A stretch of 64,000 nucleotides of DNA, from contig OX597838.1 in the NCBI GenBank assembly GCA_951406725.2, positions 45,446,001 through 45,510,000 on the forward strand, written 5' to 3'. The position numbers and the translations under genes were made by a program. The notes beneath the pieces were generated by a model. It worked only from the letters and a program-made list of their open reading frames with translations, had not been told where the DNA came from and ran no database searches. Of this stretch, positions 38,945 through 52,843 are shown piece after piece (the first letter of the stretch is position 1; each line of letters starts with the position of its first letter). This DNA is from Octopus vulgaris (lineage: Eukaryota).

Positions 38945-39364
38945 GTACATGTGTATGCATTATGTATGAATGTATGTTATTATATTCTATATTTCGGGAT
39001 TGTCATACTGTTTTTGTTTAGCCAAATAAACACATGCTCTATGAATTCGTTCTTCCCTTCAGTTTTATTTCTGTTCTTATTTTAGTGTCCCTTGTCTGAA
39101 ACCTCTCGTCACACATTCTGCCTCCTCTTCAGCGACTCTCCGTCCGAAATATCTCCTCCTGTTCTGTTTAGTCTATTCTATAAAAAACGAGCAATAATTG
39201 AGCTGAAGTGAAGAACGAATATAGAAGTGCCTGTGTTTATTTGGCAAAAAAAAAAGACAAAAATATAACCATCCCAAAATATAGCAATATCTATTTCAAC
39301 ATACGATTTCACATCAGGAAACTTGCAAAACAAATACATAAACGTATATATATGTAGATAGATA

Positions 39365-39935
39365 GGTTAGCACGCCTGGCGAAATGCTTAGCGGTATTTC
39401 GACTGCTGCTATGTTCTGAGTTCAAATTCCGCTAAGGTCGACTTTTGCCTTTCATCCTTTCGGGGTCGACAAATTAAATACCAGTTGAGTACTGGGGTCG
39501 ATGTAACCGACTATGCCCCTCCCCCAAATCTCAGCCCTTCTGCATATAGTAGAAAGGATTATTGCTGTCTAGTGTGATGGAATGACAAAATTGTTACAGG
39601 GCCCGAAAAAATACCTGCGGTATTTCTTGTTGCTCTTCACTTTCTAGGTTCAAATCTCGCCAGGGCCGATTTTGCTGTTCCTTCTTCTGCTGACCGATGA
39701 AATAAAGGCCAGTCGAGCACTGAGGTCGATGAAATCGACCAGCCCCCTACCATCCAACATTTCAGACTTTGCACCTATAGTAGAAAGGGGTATTTATTAT
39801 TATTGCTGTTTAGGATGGTGAAGTAGTTCAAATCCTGCTGAGGTTAACTTTGCCATTCAAGCTTCGACAGTAATAAAATTAAGTACCAGTAAATTACAGG
39901 GGAATCGATATAAATGACTATACCCTTCCCGTAAA
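39365..39935 (+). mobile_element. Three head-to-tail SINE family A copies of increasing divergence
   Basis: Repeated GTTCAAAT...CTTTGCC...GTCGAT motifs at about 39420, 39650 and 39826. Confidence 0.75.
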
Positions 39936-40028
39936 TATATAACCGTTGAAATATATCTGTTGAAAGTCATTATCATTTGCATTGTCATTATTATTGTTGT
40001 CGTTGTTATGCTTTATCACTCAATGTAT

Positions 40029-40059
<31 letters not shown>

Positions 40060-40065
<6 letters not shown>

Positions 40066-40465
40066 TCTTTTACTTGTTTCAGTCATTTGACTGCGGCCAT
40101 GCTGGAGCACCGCCTTTAATCGAGCAACTCGACCCTGGGACTTATTCTTTGTAAGCCCAGCACTTATTCTATCGGTCTCTTTTGCCGAACCGCTAAGTGA
40201 CGGGGACATAAACACACCAGCATCGGTTGTCAAGCAATGCTAGGGGGACAAACACAGACACACAAACACACACACATACATATATATATATACATATATA
40301 CGACGGGCTTCTTTCAGTTTCCGTCTACCAAATCCACTCACAAGGCTTTGATGTGCCCGAGGCTATAGTAGAAGACACTTGCCCAAGGTGCCACGCAGTG
40401 GGACTGAACCCAGAACCATGTGGTTTGTAAACAAGCTACTTACCACACAGCCACTCCTGCGCCTA
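40060..40465 (-). mobile_element. Complete SINE family B
   Basis: Full head-to-tail match. Confidence 0.92.
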
Positions 40466-41092
40466 TTGAAGCAGTTTTTGTTTTATTTGGTATGGAATTT
40501 AATTCTGTCGTTGGTAGTGTTGTTTTCCTTAACCACTTTTACATTTGTTGTATTTATATTGCCACAATTGTACTTTCATTATTACGTCTTCCCCTAAATG
40601 GGAAGACATATATTATATGTTACTCGCTTCTGACATAAAGGTAGAAATTGTTTTCAACATGGTTGCAATGATTATAGTGAAAAATGATTCTCCACCATCA
40701 CCACCATCAAAAGTAATGGCGGCCAAGTTCTTCCTTCGGGAGAATGTAACGAAAAAGAAAATACAAACGAAAAACATGGAAATCTTTTGTGTATTGAGAA
40801 CATTTTCCTAAATAACTTCTATTTTCCTCAATTATCTTACTCACTTCTTATTTTCAACCTCTGCAATTTCCCCAGCGAAACAGCAACAATCGCAACTACC
40901 ACAATCTTTTAGTTTTCCTACTCTTTACTCTTCCTCTTCCCCTTTTCCCCTTCTTTATTCTTTCTTGTAATCTTCTGTTCACTTCTACGATCTACTCATC
41001 TCTTCTGTTCCTTATTATACCTTATTTTCATCTCTATTTCTTGTCTCTTTAATTTCCTCTGCCCTCTTCTTCAAATATTTCTTCTCTTCTTC

Positions 41093-41172
<80 letters not shown>

Positions 41173-41749
41173 GCCTTTAGTTATTGTTTTATTCAGATAA
41201 TGTTGTTTGCATTTTAGCTCCGAATTAGTCCAAATTCAGATTTAACTTCTGTTTTTAGCAACTTGTTTGACCTCATCATTGTTGATCTCTCATCGGTTCG
41301 TTCTCATCTCAGTTAGTCGTAATTAGCTTTCCATGGATGTCTTCCCATATTTTTTTATCGTTAACTCCTGCAGCCGTATCAATAATTCATATATTTGGTT
41401 TGGTTTTTCCGGGATTATTTTCAGGAATTAGATATAGGTCTTAACATTAGAGTACATTTGAACTCGTTCGTGTAAAACTAATAAATTGATAGATTAGATG
41501 TTTTACAACAGTTAATTTCTCTGTCGGTCTCCTCTGCATTCAGAGTTCAAATCACACTGGGCATGGATATAATAATTAAATAATTACAAATCATATACAA
41601 ATATGACATCGATATTCCGGAATCTTAGATTCCAAAGCCTCTTCGGGTTAAGTATTTATTATAAATGTTTCTGTCTGGTGGTCCGTAGCTTAGTAGTAAC
41701 ATTTTCTTTTCGGCGATAGAAATTTTGTCTCCACTACAGGGCGTTGAAA

Positions 41750-42350
41750 TACCCTAACCTAGTCTGTCTCATCCTCTTTTTCCATTCTCTTTGTCTTCCT
41801 CTTAAGCTTATCTTTTGCTATCTATTTAAAGAAATAATTTAGTGTAGTATTTTATGATCCATATGCATATGACATCTGGCTATACTTCGATATGCATTCA
41901 CTCTCTTTTATGTTGAAAGGTTCATCATACATTCCACATCTTGGTATTTTTTTCTGAAACAAATTTAAAATTTAAAATTTTTAATTCACGTTTTATTATA
42001 ATTTTTTCATGATGTTATTGAATTATTCACCAATAAAAAACGCATCTGAAATAGCTGTAATGAATCTTACCCTATTTGTGTTCATTCTCTACGTAAACAT
42101 CTCATCTAGAACCTTCTCTGTGTTGGATATAGATCTCACAGTGGATCGTTAAACTGGATGCCGGTGTGCATGGGTATATAATTTCATGTACATGTATATC
42201 TATATGTATGTATATATTGATTTGTTCATAAACATATATATGTTAGCATTGGACATGAATATATGCAGGAGTGTCAGTGTACTGTATATACACGGATGTG
42301 CGGTTCTCGACCCTGATTTAGTATCCTTAATATTAAAATACCTTGATTCA
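41750..42350. repeat. Old repeat (possibly an RTE-like LINE remnant) duplicated at about 45340-46020
   Basis: Shared blocks CCCTAACC, TATCTATTTAAAGAAA, GACATCTGGCTATACTTC, CTCACAGTGGATC, GGAGTGTCAGT. Confidence 0.7.
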
Positions 42351-43238
42351 AATAGATCCTACAAATAATTAATATACTGTAATGTTTCCGTGGCTAAGTG
42401 CGTGCACGATCCAGTACGATAAGTGCGTGAGTACTCGTACACAAGTCATCACTCAAAAGTATCATTTGCTCGTTTCGTGTTTCTCTCAGACAAAGTTCAA
42501 CATCAGTATCATCTCCATTCTCCAAGTGATCATCATCATCATCGCCGTGCTCGACGCCACTTTTTCCTTCTCGCATAGCTGACGCAATGTCAATGTGCGT
42601 GTGTGCGTGTGTGTGTGCATATATTTACATGAGCACAATCCGCACACACACACACACACACACACGCACATACACATATATATATATATCCATATATACA
42701 TCCATATATACATATATATATATACACATACACATTCACGCACACATATGTATGTATGCATATATATATATATATATAACAAGTACAGTATGGATCACAA
42801 ATAGAAGAGAAAAGGTATATTGTGACGTAATTTAAGTAAGTTAAGTAGTTTTAGTAAAATTTTGTTTTTATCTTTATATTTTGTATATTTTATTGCATCA
42901 GTATCATTGTTCTTTGTAAGAGTGTATATGTGTGTATATATTTGTGCGTGTGTGTGTGTGTGTGTGTGTACACGTATGCTATGCACATCCATGCATATAT
43001 ATATATATATATATAAACATACGTATCATATATATATATATATGTAGAGAGAGTGTGAGGGAGCGAGAGAGAGAGAAAAAATAAATATATATATAGATAG
43101 ATAGATACATATCTATATAGGTATATCTATGTATGAATATATACGTATGTGTGTGCGCGTGTGCATACATATATATATATACATAGACATAATATATAAA
43201 CATGCATATACATATACATATGTTTGTGTGTATATATG

Positions 43239-43296
<58 letters not shown>

Positions 43297-43805
43297 GTAA
43301 TTTTAATATTTCTATTATATATATATATATGAGTATATATATCATTATATACGTATATACCTGGAATTGCATTTGTGCATGAGCGTATGCGAGTGTTTCA
43401 TCTTTCCCGCTCGCATTTTCCAACACTTCTTCCCCCCCCCCACTCTCAACAGGTAACAATGCACAAAACTGAAGCTGTTTCCACATCACAGAAGTGATGC
43501 GAAGATACCAATGAAAGAATAGAATAAAATAAGGAAACAGAAATAATACAAAAAAAAGGTGTGAGAAAGTGGAAGTTGCGAAAACTGCTCTACCTTTATT
43601 CTTTGTGTTCGGTTTTCTTTTATCATTATCATTATTGTTGTTCTTGTTAGTATTGTTGTTGTTGTTGTTATTATTACTTTTAGGTTGTTACTATTTGACA
43701 AAGTAGAGGTAAACGAGTACAACACTACAAATGCGCATACACAGACACATATGTGTATATGGGAATGTAAAGATGCGTACATACTAGTACACACACACTT
43801 ATGTG

Positions 43806-43850
<45 letters not shown>

Positions 43851-44049
43851 GCACGCACAAATTTATGTATCTATATTTCGGGGTATATGTACATACATAC
43901 ATACACACCCCGAAATCATATATATATTCTTTTAACTCTGTTACTCGTTTCAGTCATTTGACTGCAGCCATGATGGAGCACCGCCTTTAGTCGAGCAAAT
44001 CAACCCCAGGACTTATTCTTTGTCAGCCTAGTTATTCTGTTGGTTTCCC

Positions 44050-45129
44050 GTGGAAAACTTCTGTACTGGATTGAGTATTTCCTAGGGACATAACACATGT
44101 TGTGATCAGTGGAATCCACTCAAGCTCAGCGAAAGTCACCAGTGGGTCCCTCAGGAGACTGTCTTGCGCCCGCTTCTATTTATAGTCACGACCTTTCCAG
44201 CGTCATAAAACACAGCAAAGTGAAAAATATTCGCTGACTCCAATCTCCAGAAGATTATCAATGGAAAAGAAGACCGAACCAAACTCCCGTCTGATCTACA
44301 TTCTGTGAGTCAATGGGCAAACAAAAACAAAATGCAACTAATTGAGGGAAAATTTGAGCTGATACATTTTGGAAGACTGTGCTAAAACAGCCATACTCTC
44401 TTCATACACTCACAGCATCTAATAATATCAGAGACCTAGGACTAATTGTTGACTACAATCTCAGCTGGAGTACCCACATCAACAATAAGGTCGATATAGC
44501 TCGTAGGATGAGCTCCTGGATCCTAAGAACCATCCGGTCCAGAACAAGGTATTATCATTCCTCTTTTCTCCCTAGGATCTCCCCATACAAAAAAAAATTT
44601 CGAAAATTGAATCATCCCAGAGGAAATTCATTAAATGAATTAAGGGCTTGACAGATCTTCATTATTGGGATCACCTTAAAGCATTGAAATTCTATTCTCT
44701 CCAGCGCCGCTGTGAGTTCATTTGCAAGATGTGGAGAATATACCATCAGTATTGTCCAAACGACCTCAGCATTAGCTTCAAAATTCATCCAAGACTGGGA
44801 CCACTGGCCAATCGTCCCCTACCCAATTCAGGATCGCAACACATAAATACATTGCAACACAATTTCCTCGGCAGGCCCTGCCCTATTTAACACTTCCGAA
44901 ACAGATCAAAGAGGAAAACGATCTGATCTTCTTTAAATGAAATCTGGATAAATTTCTTCAACGAATACCAGATGATCCACCTGGATACAACTCACTCAAC
45001 AAGAACTCCCTACTCGAATGGACCATGATGCCACTACACTTGACTTTAAAAGAATTTAAGTCATCCTGTCAGGTGGTGCTATTGAGTCAGGCAGGGTCTG
45101 GACCAATCTTTGGTCGAAATATATCTAAG

Positions 45130-45130
<1 letters not shown>
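44050..45130 (+). mobile_element. Decayed CR1-group LINE 3' fragment (second family)
   Basis: GVPQ-like region, IRDLGL, YSLQRR, ..KLDKFL..IPD motifs; stem-loop tail. Confidence 0.8.
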
Positions 45131-45180
<50 letters not shown>

Positions 45181-45426
45181 TATGTGTGTGTGTGTGTGCA
45201 TGAAGGTATGTGCGCGTGTGAATTGTATGTGTGTATATAAGTTGTTCCTCCTCTTCTGATGTTACGTTGTTTAGTAGTAATTTTTTTTTTGGTGGGGGCG
45301 GGCGCCAGGAATTTTGTCTTCACTATTACTATGCTGATATGCCCTAACCCAGTTTCTCATATCACCCCCTATTCGATTCTCTCTGTCTTCCTCTCAACTT
45401 CTATCTCTTGTTATCTATTTAAAGAA

Positions 45427-45579
45427 ACAATTTAATGTGGCATTGCCTGTTGATTATTTTATGAGCTCATGAGACATCTGGCTATACTTCAGTATGCTTT
45501 CATTGAAAGCATACTGAAGTATAGCCAGATGTCTCATGAGCTCATAAAATAATCAACAGGCAATGCCACATTAAATTGT
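45427..45579. repeat. Perfect 153-bp palindrome (76-bp arms, 1-nt centre)
   Basis: ACAATTTAATG...GCTTTCA-T-TGAAAGC...CATTAAATTGT. Confidence 0.95.
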
Positions 45580-46028
45580 GAGGGTCAACACACATTCCAC
45601 ATTCTGGTATTTTTTCCAAAACAAATTTAAATTATAAATTTTTGATTCTCCTACAGAAAACGGTTCTTTTTTCTGATGTAATCGGTTTCTTCCTCCAGAA
45701 AAAGAACCGCGCCTGAAACAGCTCTAGTGAACCTTATCCCATTTGTGTTCTTTCTATATGTAAACACCTCACCTGGAACCTTTCTAACGTTGACTCTGAA
45801 ACTCACAGTGGATCCTGAGACTGCATGCTGACGTGCGAGGACATACAATTTTATATACATGTATACGTATGTCTATATTGATGAGTTCATGTATATGCCC
45901 ATGGAAGTGTTTGGACGTGTCCGTATATGCATGGATAAATGCGGGAGTGTCAGTATTCAGTATAAACGGATGCTCTGAACGCAACCCTAACTTTGTGTCT
46001 TTAATATTTAAATACCATGATTCAGATT

Positions 46029-46081
<53 letters not shown>

Positions 46082-46224
46082 TTAATATTGAAGTGTTGGG
46101 TATTTTCCAAGTAATACGCCGATAAAGTCCATGACGATCGTTGTGAACAATAAAGTTTCACATGTATTGCATTTTCCGACTCTATCATTTGTCATTTGTT
46201 TTATAGATATGTGTGCAGATAGAT

Positions 46225-46723
46225 ATGTTTCTTTATTAGCCACACAGGGCTGAACACAGAGGCGACAAATTACAAAGTAGAGCTTTTCTTTTTGGGGAGA
46301 AAAAAAGAAAATAAAAATAAAAGTAGGTTTTCGATCAAAAGGGATCGTAAAAAGAGAGAGAAAAAAACAAAAAAAAACGATCAATTGGGATCGTGTATCA
46401 CAGAAATGTCATGATGTAGAGTGTAAAGGGGGAAGCAGATAAGGTTTATCCGTGGAAAGAAAAGCCTACGGAAAAGACCACGGTAACCTCGGTCAATAAT
46501 GTCACATGTTAACACATTTATTCGCAAGTAAGTAACTCACTGTTTTAAATTTTTCCGAGTTCATGCGTGCCATCCTTGCTACATTCACCCATCTTTTTTT
46601 TAAACATTCGCTAGACAAAACTTGCCTCTCTACTCTCACTTTCCTTTTCAAGTGATACTTGAAGAAGTTGATGAGAGATTGATCAGAGAGGAAAGTGTTT
46701 GTCTCTAATCCTTAGATAGATAA

Positions 46724-46807
<84 letters not shown>

Positions 46808-47277
46808 CTTTTTATTGTAGCCACACAGGGCTAAACACAGAATAAAAATGGACGAAATACAATGTAGAATTTTTTCTTTTCGGGGTGGGATGGGTGGGGC
46901 AAAAAAAAAAAAACGTTTGATCAATAGGGATCTGTGGGTTGTGTGGTGTATAAAAAAGCAATATATATATATAAGGTTCACAGTTTAGGTGTAGTCTTGG
47001 AAAGAAAAACCTACAAAAAAGACCGAGGTCACCTCAGACAATTCGAAAAAGAACACATGAGTAAGTCGCCTTACTTCTCGTTGTCTCTTTTGGTTACAGA
47101 TTTATGCTTAAAATAGTGTCGTCTTTCATACTGACCATTTTTGCCACTTTTACCCACTTTTTATTAAAACATTCGTTCGACAAAGCCTTCCTCTCTATTC
47201 TCATCCTCCTTTTCAAGTGGTACTTGAAAAAGTTGACGAGAGATTGATCAGAGAGGAAAGTGTTTGTCTCTAATCCT

Positions 47278-47280
<3 letters not shown>
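46225..47280 (-). mobile_element. Two stacked Tx1 3'-end fragments (46225-46715 and 46806-47280)
   Basis: Each has an ORF2 C-terminus, 3' UTR and GCCCTGTGTGGCTA tail; both begin at CTAAGGATTAGAGAC directly after (TCTA)n. Confidence 0.85.
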
Positions 47281-47365
<85 letters not shown>

Positions 47366-47367
<2 letters not shown>

Positions 47368-49432
47368 TGCTTCTTTATTAGCCACACAGGGCTGCACACT
47401 GACGGGACAAATTACAAGGTAGAGCTTTTCTTTTGGGGGATAAAAAACACGTGGGTTGGTTTTCGATCAAAAGGGATCGTAAATGGAAAGAAAGAGGAAA
47501 GCAAAAAACAAATAAAAGCAAAAAAAGGGGGGATAGAAATAAAAGGAAAAAGAAAAAATCGATCAATAGGGATCGTTATCACAGAAATGTCAATATAAAA
47601 TGTAAAGGGGAGGACAGGTGAGGTTTACAAGTGGAAAGAAAAGCCAACGGAAAAGACTACGGTAGTCTCGGTCAATGAAGTCACATGTTATATTTTTTTT
47701 CTTTTACAATTAAGCAACTCTCTGTATTAATTTTTACGGTTCATAGGATCATAGTCAAGGTGGCTTCGTCATTCATACGTGCCATCCTTGCTACATTGAC
47801 CCATCTTTTTTTTAAACATTCGCTAGACAAAACTTGCCTCTCTACTCTCACTTTCCTTTTCAAGTGATGCTTGAAGAAGTTGGTGAGAGATTGACCAGAG
47901 AGGAAAGTGTTTGTCTCCAATCCTTTCAGGCGCGTCCACCAGATACATTCTTTCGCCACAGCCACAAGTATGATAAAAATAGCTCCTCCTTCCCATTTGA
48001 AGAAAAGAGGCGTGACAATATTAACGATAGACTCGGCTGATAAACTGACATGTCCCACACGTGACAGCAGTCGTTCGACATAAGCCCACAGGTCGGAGAT
48101 TGTTGGACACTGCACGATTGCGTGCAGAACGGTTTCGTCGCTTTGACCGCATCTCGGGCAGGTCGGCCCCGTGTTTCTCGAGCCATGCCTATAGAGCTTA
48201 TCCCGAACGGGTAGCGCTTCTCGGTAGCATTGCCAGGCCAGGGATCTCTTGAAGTTGCCAATAGGTCCCGGCCCGAAGGTCGTCTCAAACAGGCGGGTCA
48301 GCTATTCCTCGTCGACGCCCAGGTTCGCCCCAAGATCGTCGTCGTACCTCCCTCCACTAATCCCCTATAGAATGCTTTGGTTGTGCTGAAGTCACTCAAG
48401 GTCGACCCGGGACAGCATAGTTGCTTGAGAGCAACGCGACACTCGCGGTGCCATTCACCCTTCCTCGGCCTATTTTTGATCCACGACTGCAGTTCTGTCA
48501 TGGAGACGAGCTGCGGGAAAGCGTGCCTCACAAACGGCGACCACACCTGTTCACCGTCGTTTACATAGAGCTGGAGATGCCGCATGTCTGCGCATCATCA
48601 ACCACGGTAGTAGATGACGGACGCGATGTACGTGTTCGCCACCTCCGCCCGACCTTTTAGGGACAGTTTCTTCTCGGCCCATTGCCGGGCGAGAGTGATC
48701 ACCCTACTCGTTATCTCGTTCCAGTTCTCCATTTGGAGGTCCGGACCGAACCAGACCCGAGCAACTCGACCGTCCGTCCAGCGTTCCACGACGGAGGTGC
48801 TGGTGGACGGCATGGGCTTGCTTCTCCAGGTGCCGAGCCGCAAGCCCACTGACTTTTCCCGGTTGATTTTCGCTCCTGTCACCGCTTCGTAGTCTTTCAG
48901 TGTCTCGCCGACCAGCTCGATGTGCTCGTGGCTTGACACTATGATGGTGACGTTGTCCGCGTATGCAGACACGCTCATCCCGCATCCCAATTCTCGCGGG
49001 ATGCCCCTCAGAGTCGCCAGCTTCCGCAGTAGTGGCTCGAGAGTCAATATGTATAGAAGCGACGAGAGGGGGCATCCCTGACGGACCGAACGTGCAATGT
49101 CGAAAGGTCTCGACAGATGTCCATTTACGCGAACTACCGAACGGATACCTTTGTACAAAGCAGCTATCCAGCCGCGGAAGACGAGACCGAAACCAGCCGC
49201 TCTCAGAACTGCCTCCAAGTATTGATGGTCTACCCTATCGAAAGCTTTCGATTGATCCAAATTGATCAGGGCCCCACCCATGCCAGGTTACTTAACTACT
49301 CTGTCTATGATGTAGCGCATCAGGTGGAGGTTGCCATGGATGCTCCGGCCCGGCACGGCGCACGTTTGCGCCTTGTCGACCAGTTTCTCGATGACAAGCG
49401 CCAACTTCTTGGCTAACACCTTGGTCAAAACT
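47366..49432 (-). mobile_element. 5'-truncated, frameshifted Tx1 element (second family; RT and zinc finger)
   Basis: LDQSKAFDRVDH, SVRQGCPLS, YADN, LSLKGRAEVAN; colinear with the ORF2 at 22365-25757. Confidence 0.92.
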
Positions 49433-49439
49433 TTCTGTC

Positions 49440-50010
49440 TGGTAGACAGAAACTGAGAGAAGAGCGTCGTATATGTGTATGTGTGTGTGTCTTTGTGTTT
49501 GTGTATTTGTATGTGTGTGTGTCTTTGTGTTTGTGCATGTGTATGTGTGTGTGTCTTTGTGTTTGTGTATGTGTATGTGTGTGTGTCTTTGTGTCTGTGT
49601 TTGTCCCCACCATCGCATACCAACCGATGTTGGTGTAATTACGTCCCCGTAATCCAGCGGTTCGATAAGTACCAAGCTTTTAAAAATAAGTACTGAGGCC
49701 GTTTAATTCGACTAAAATTCTTTAAGGATCTGCCCCAGTATGGCCTCAGTCTTATCAAGTAAAAGACATACATATAATATATATTCATATGTGGAGGCGC
49801 AATGGCCTAGTGGTTAAGGCAGCGGACTTGCGGTCGGAGGATCGCGGTTTCGATTCCCAGACCGGGCGTTGTGTGTGTTTATTGAGCGAAAAAAACACCT
49901 AAAAGCTCCACGAGGCTCCGGCAGGAGGTGGTGATCCCTGCTGTACTCTTTCACCACTCTAAAAGGCGGTGCTCCAGCATGGCCGCAGTCAAATGACTGA
50001 AACAAGTACA
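49440..50010 (+). mobile_element. SINE cluster: family B 3' part (49440-49770) and a family C head (49793-49960) fused to a family B tail
   Basis: GGAGGCGCAATGGCCTAGTGGTTAAGG...GGTTTCGATTCC followed by GGCGGTGCTCCAGCATGGCCGC. Confidence 0.8.
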
Positions 50011-50499
50011 AAAAAAATATATATATATATTAATATGAGCGAAAATATATGTATCTGTGTGTGTGTGTATGTGTGCGTGAGTGTGTGTGTGTGAGAGTTT
50101 GTGTGAGGGTGTACCGGGTGAGTTAAACAAGTTGTCTACATGTGACTAATTTGAGGAGCAGCGCATAATTGCAGCTGCATCCGTCCTGCTAATGTTTCTG
50201 TGTGTGAATATAAATGACTGCATCTTATAGACATGCATATATGCGCGCATGTGTGTGTGTGGTTGTGTGTGTGCGTGTGTATGTGTGTGCGTGCGTGTAT
50301 GTGTGTATGCGTGTACGTGTGTATTTACAAGCATATGTACGTATTCTGAAATACCTGTATATGGAAACATACATGTATATCATTTTCTCTACATATGTAC
50401 AAAACTCCATACACACACATGCATACATATATATGTGTGTGTATGTGTGTGTATGTGTGTGTGTGTGTGTATAAATATGCACATATATATACGCGTAGG

Positions 50500-50543
<44 letters not shown>

Positions 50544-50928
50544 TGCATGTATACTGACAAATAAACTCGCATATACATGCATAATTCCATGTGTGTGCGT
50601 TTGTAGCGAGTGTGTATAGAAAATTAGAATCTAGGATATTGTCTTCTCACTGTTCATTGATCGATTGGTCGTATATGTAAGACAATCGGGAAGTAATGAG
50701 ATCAAACCGTGACACATCTAGCTTCGCTTCCGGCAGTTCGGCTTACCATTAAGTATGCAGGAAAAACAGTAGGTTGGTATGAACATCATGAATACATGTA
50801 TACACGCCCACACATGCACGCACACTTCCACACATAGTCATACATATATGTATATAGGAGTCCTGAAATATATATATAGATATAGATATAGATATGTGTG
50901 TGTGTGTGTATATATATATGTATATATG

Positions 50929-51047
<119 letters not shown>

Positions 51048-51050
51048 ATG

Positions 51051-51092
<42 letters not shown>

Positions 51093-51093
<1 letters not shown>

Positions 51094-51482
51094 AGGCGCA
51101 GGATTGGCTGTGTGGTAAGTAGCTTATTTGTCAACCACATGGTCCCTGGTTCAGTCCCACTACATGGCACCTTGGGCAAGTGTCTTCTACTATAGCCTCG
51201 GGCCGACCAAAGTCTTATAAGTGGATTTGGTAGACGGAAACTGAAAGAACCCTGTCGTATATATATATATATATGTAAGTGTGTGATTTGTCTCACCCAA
51301 ATCGCTTGACAACCTATGCGGGTATGTTTACGTCCCCGTAACCTAGCGGTTCGGCAAAAGAGAGCGATACAATAAGTGCTAGGCTTACAAAGAATAAGTC
51401 CTGGGGTCGATTTGCTCAACTAAAAGCGGTGCTCCAGCATGGCTGCAGCCAAATGGCTGAAACAAGTAAAAGAACGAAAAAA

Positions 51483-51485
<3 letters not shown>
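51093..51485 (+). mobile_element. Complete SINE family B
   Basis: Full head-to-tail match. Confidence 0.92.
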
Positions 51486-51519
<34 letters not shown>

Positions 51520-51767
51520 CATAATAAAAGGTAAATGTTTCCTTCTAGCGCCATGTCAGGCTCATAAGGGCCGGTTTCCCGGTTTCAGTGACGTCTATAT
51601 TCCTCACCTGGATGGGATGCAGCTTCGTCGCAGGAACAACTTATTTTTGCCAGCTGAGTGGACTGGAGCCACGTGATATGAAGTGTTTTGCTCAAGACAA
51701 CCATGCATCACCCGGGTCATGAATCGATCACGAGTCCAACAATCCAACTAAGCCATGCGCCCCCACC

Positions 51768-51800
<33 letters not shown>

Positions 51801-51818
51801 CATACATACATACATACA

Positions 51819-51853
<35 letters not shown>

Positions 51854-51854
<1 letters not shown>

Positions 51855-52266
51855 TAGTATTTTATACATAAATATAAGAGGGAACCACTATGTGGAAGCC
51901 CTTACGCTTAAAAGAGATCTGCATAGGTCTCAACCACTAAGAATTGTTCTCCAGAAAATTTAGCACACCAGAAACGTAAGCGAGCAAGACAAATGAAAAA
52001 TAACAAAACTATAGATTAATCCCAAACAATTGTTTCACTGTTAATAAATTATTATGCAATTTTACTTAGACAATACATCTGCAGATCATCAGTGAGATCC
52101 TCATATTAAGATGTAATTTGTCGAACTCCATGCCAGATATCAACACGAGGTCGAAAATGCATGTAGTCCCACCTATTATATCTGCGGTTATCTTCAAAAA
52201 TCCTTCAAAATAACGTAAGGGCTTCCACATAGTGGTTCCCTCGTATATTTATGTATAAAATACTAT
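51854..52266. mobile_element. Penelope pLTR remnant with 53-bp inverted ends and a minus-strand hammerhead (about 52020-52098)
   Basis: Inverted repeat 51854-51906 / 52214-52266 (1 mismatch); TCTCA-CTGATGA-T-CTG...CAG-T-GAAAC-AATT-GTT-TGGGA. Confidence 0.7.
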
Positions 52267-52344
52267 TTACTAAATGGATGTTATTAAATTAATATCCAAA
52301 TTTTCACCCTCATTTTGATTTTAATTTTATATATATATATATAT

Positions 52345-52794
52345 ATATCTTTGTCCTGCATTGCCTAATTATTTGCCTTTCCTCACTACTTAAAACTATA
52401 CCTACTGACTCAAAAGGATGCTACCTTCAGCCGAGTTTGAGCAAGACAATCACACAACCACAACTTCAATCGCTATTCTAACTGGACTTTTGGTGGTACA
52501 AATATTTGAGAATTCAGAACACACACCTATTAGTCTGAGTTATCCTGACAAAAGCTCCTCTAACTCTCTCTCTCTCTCTGTATATATATTATTGCGTCTG
52601 GGGAGAGTCCTTCTCCTTTAGTATCTTATTACTTAACACAATCATCGGTTCGATTTCCACTTATTTACTTATTTTTTCAAAAATGTTCGTTGCGTCTTGC
52701 TACCTTTTCAATAGTCATTGGCCCTGTCCGTAATCGGAACTGCGTACTTTTTGTTTGTTTGTGCACATGTCTGGACGCCAGTGTGTGTGTGTGC

Positions 52795-52843
<49 letters not shown>

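Noticed and set aside
46712-47365. Repeat-spacer-repeat pattern superficially like CRISPR
   Set aside because: The repeats are (GATA)n and the spacers are LINE 3' ends; eukaryotic context, no cas genes
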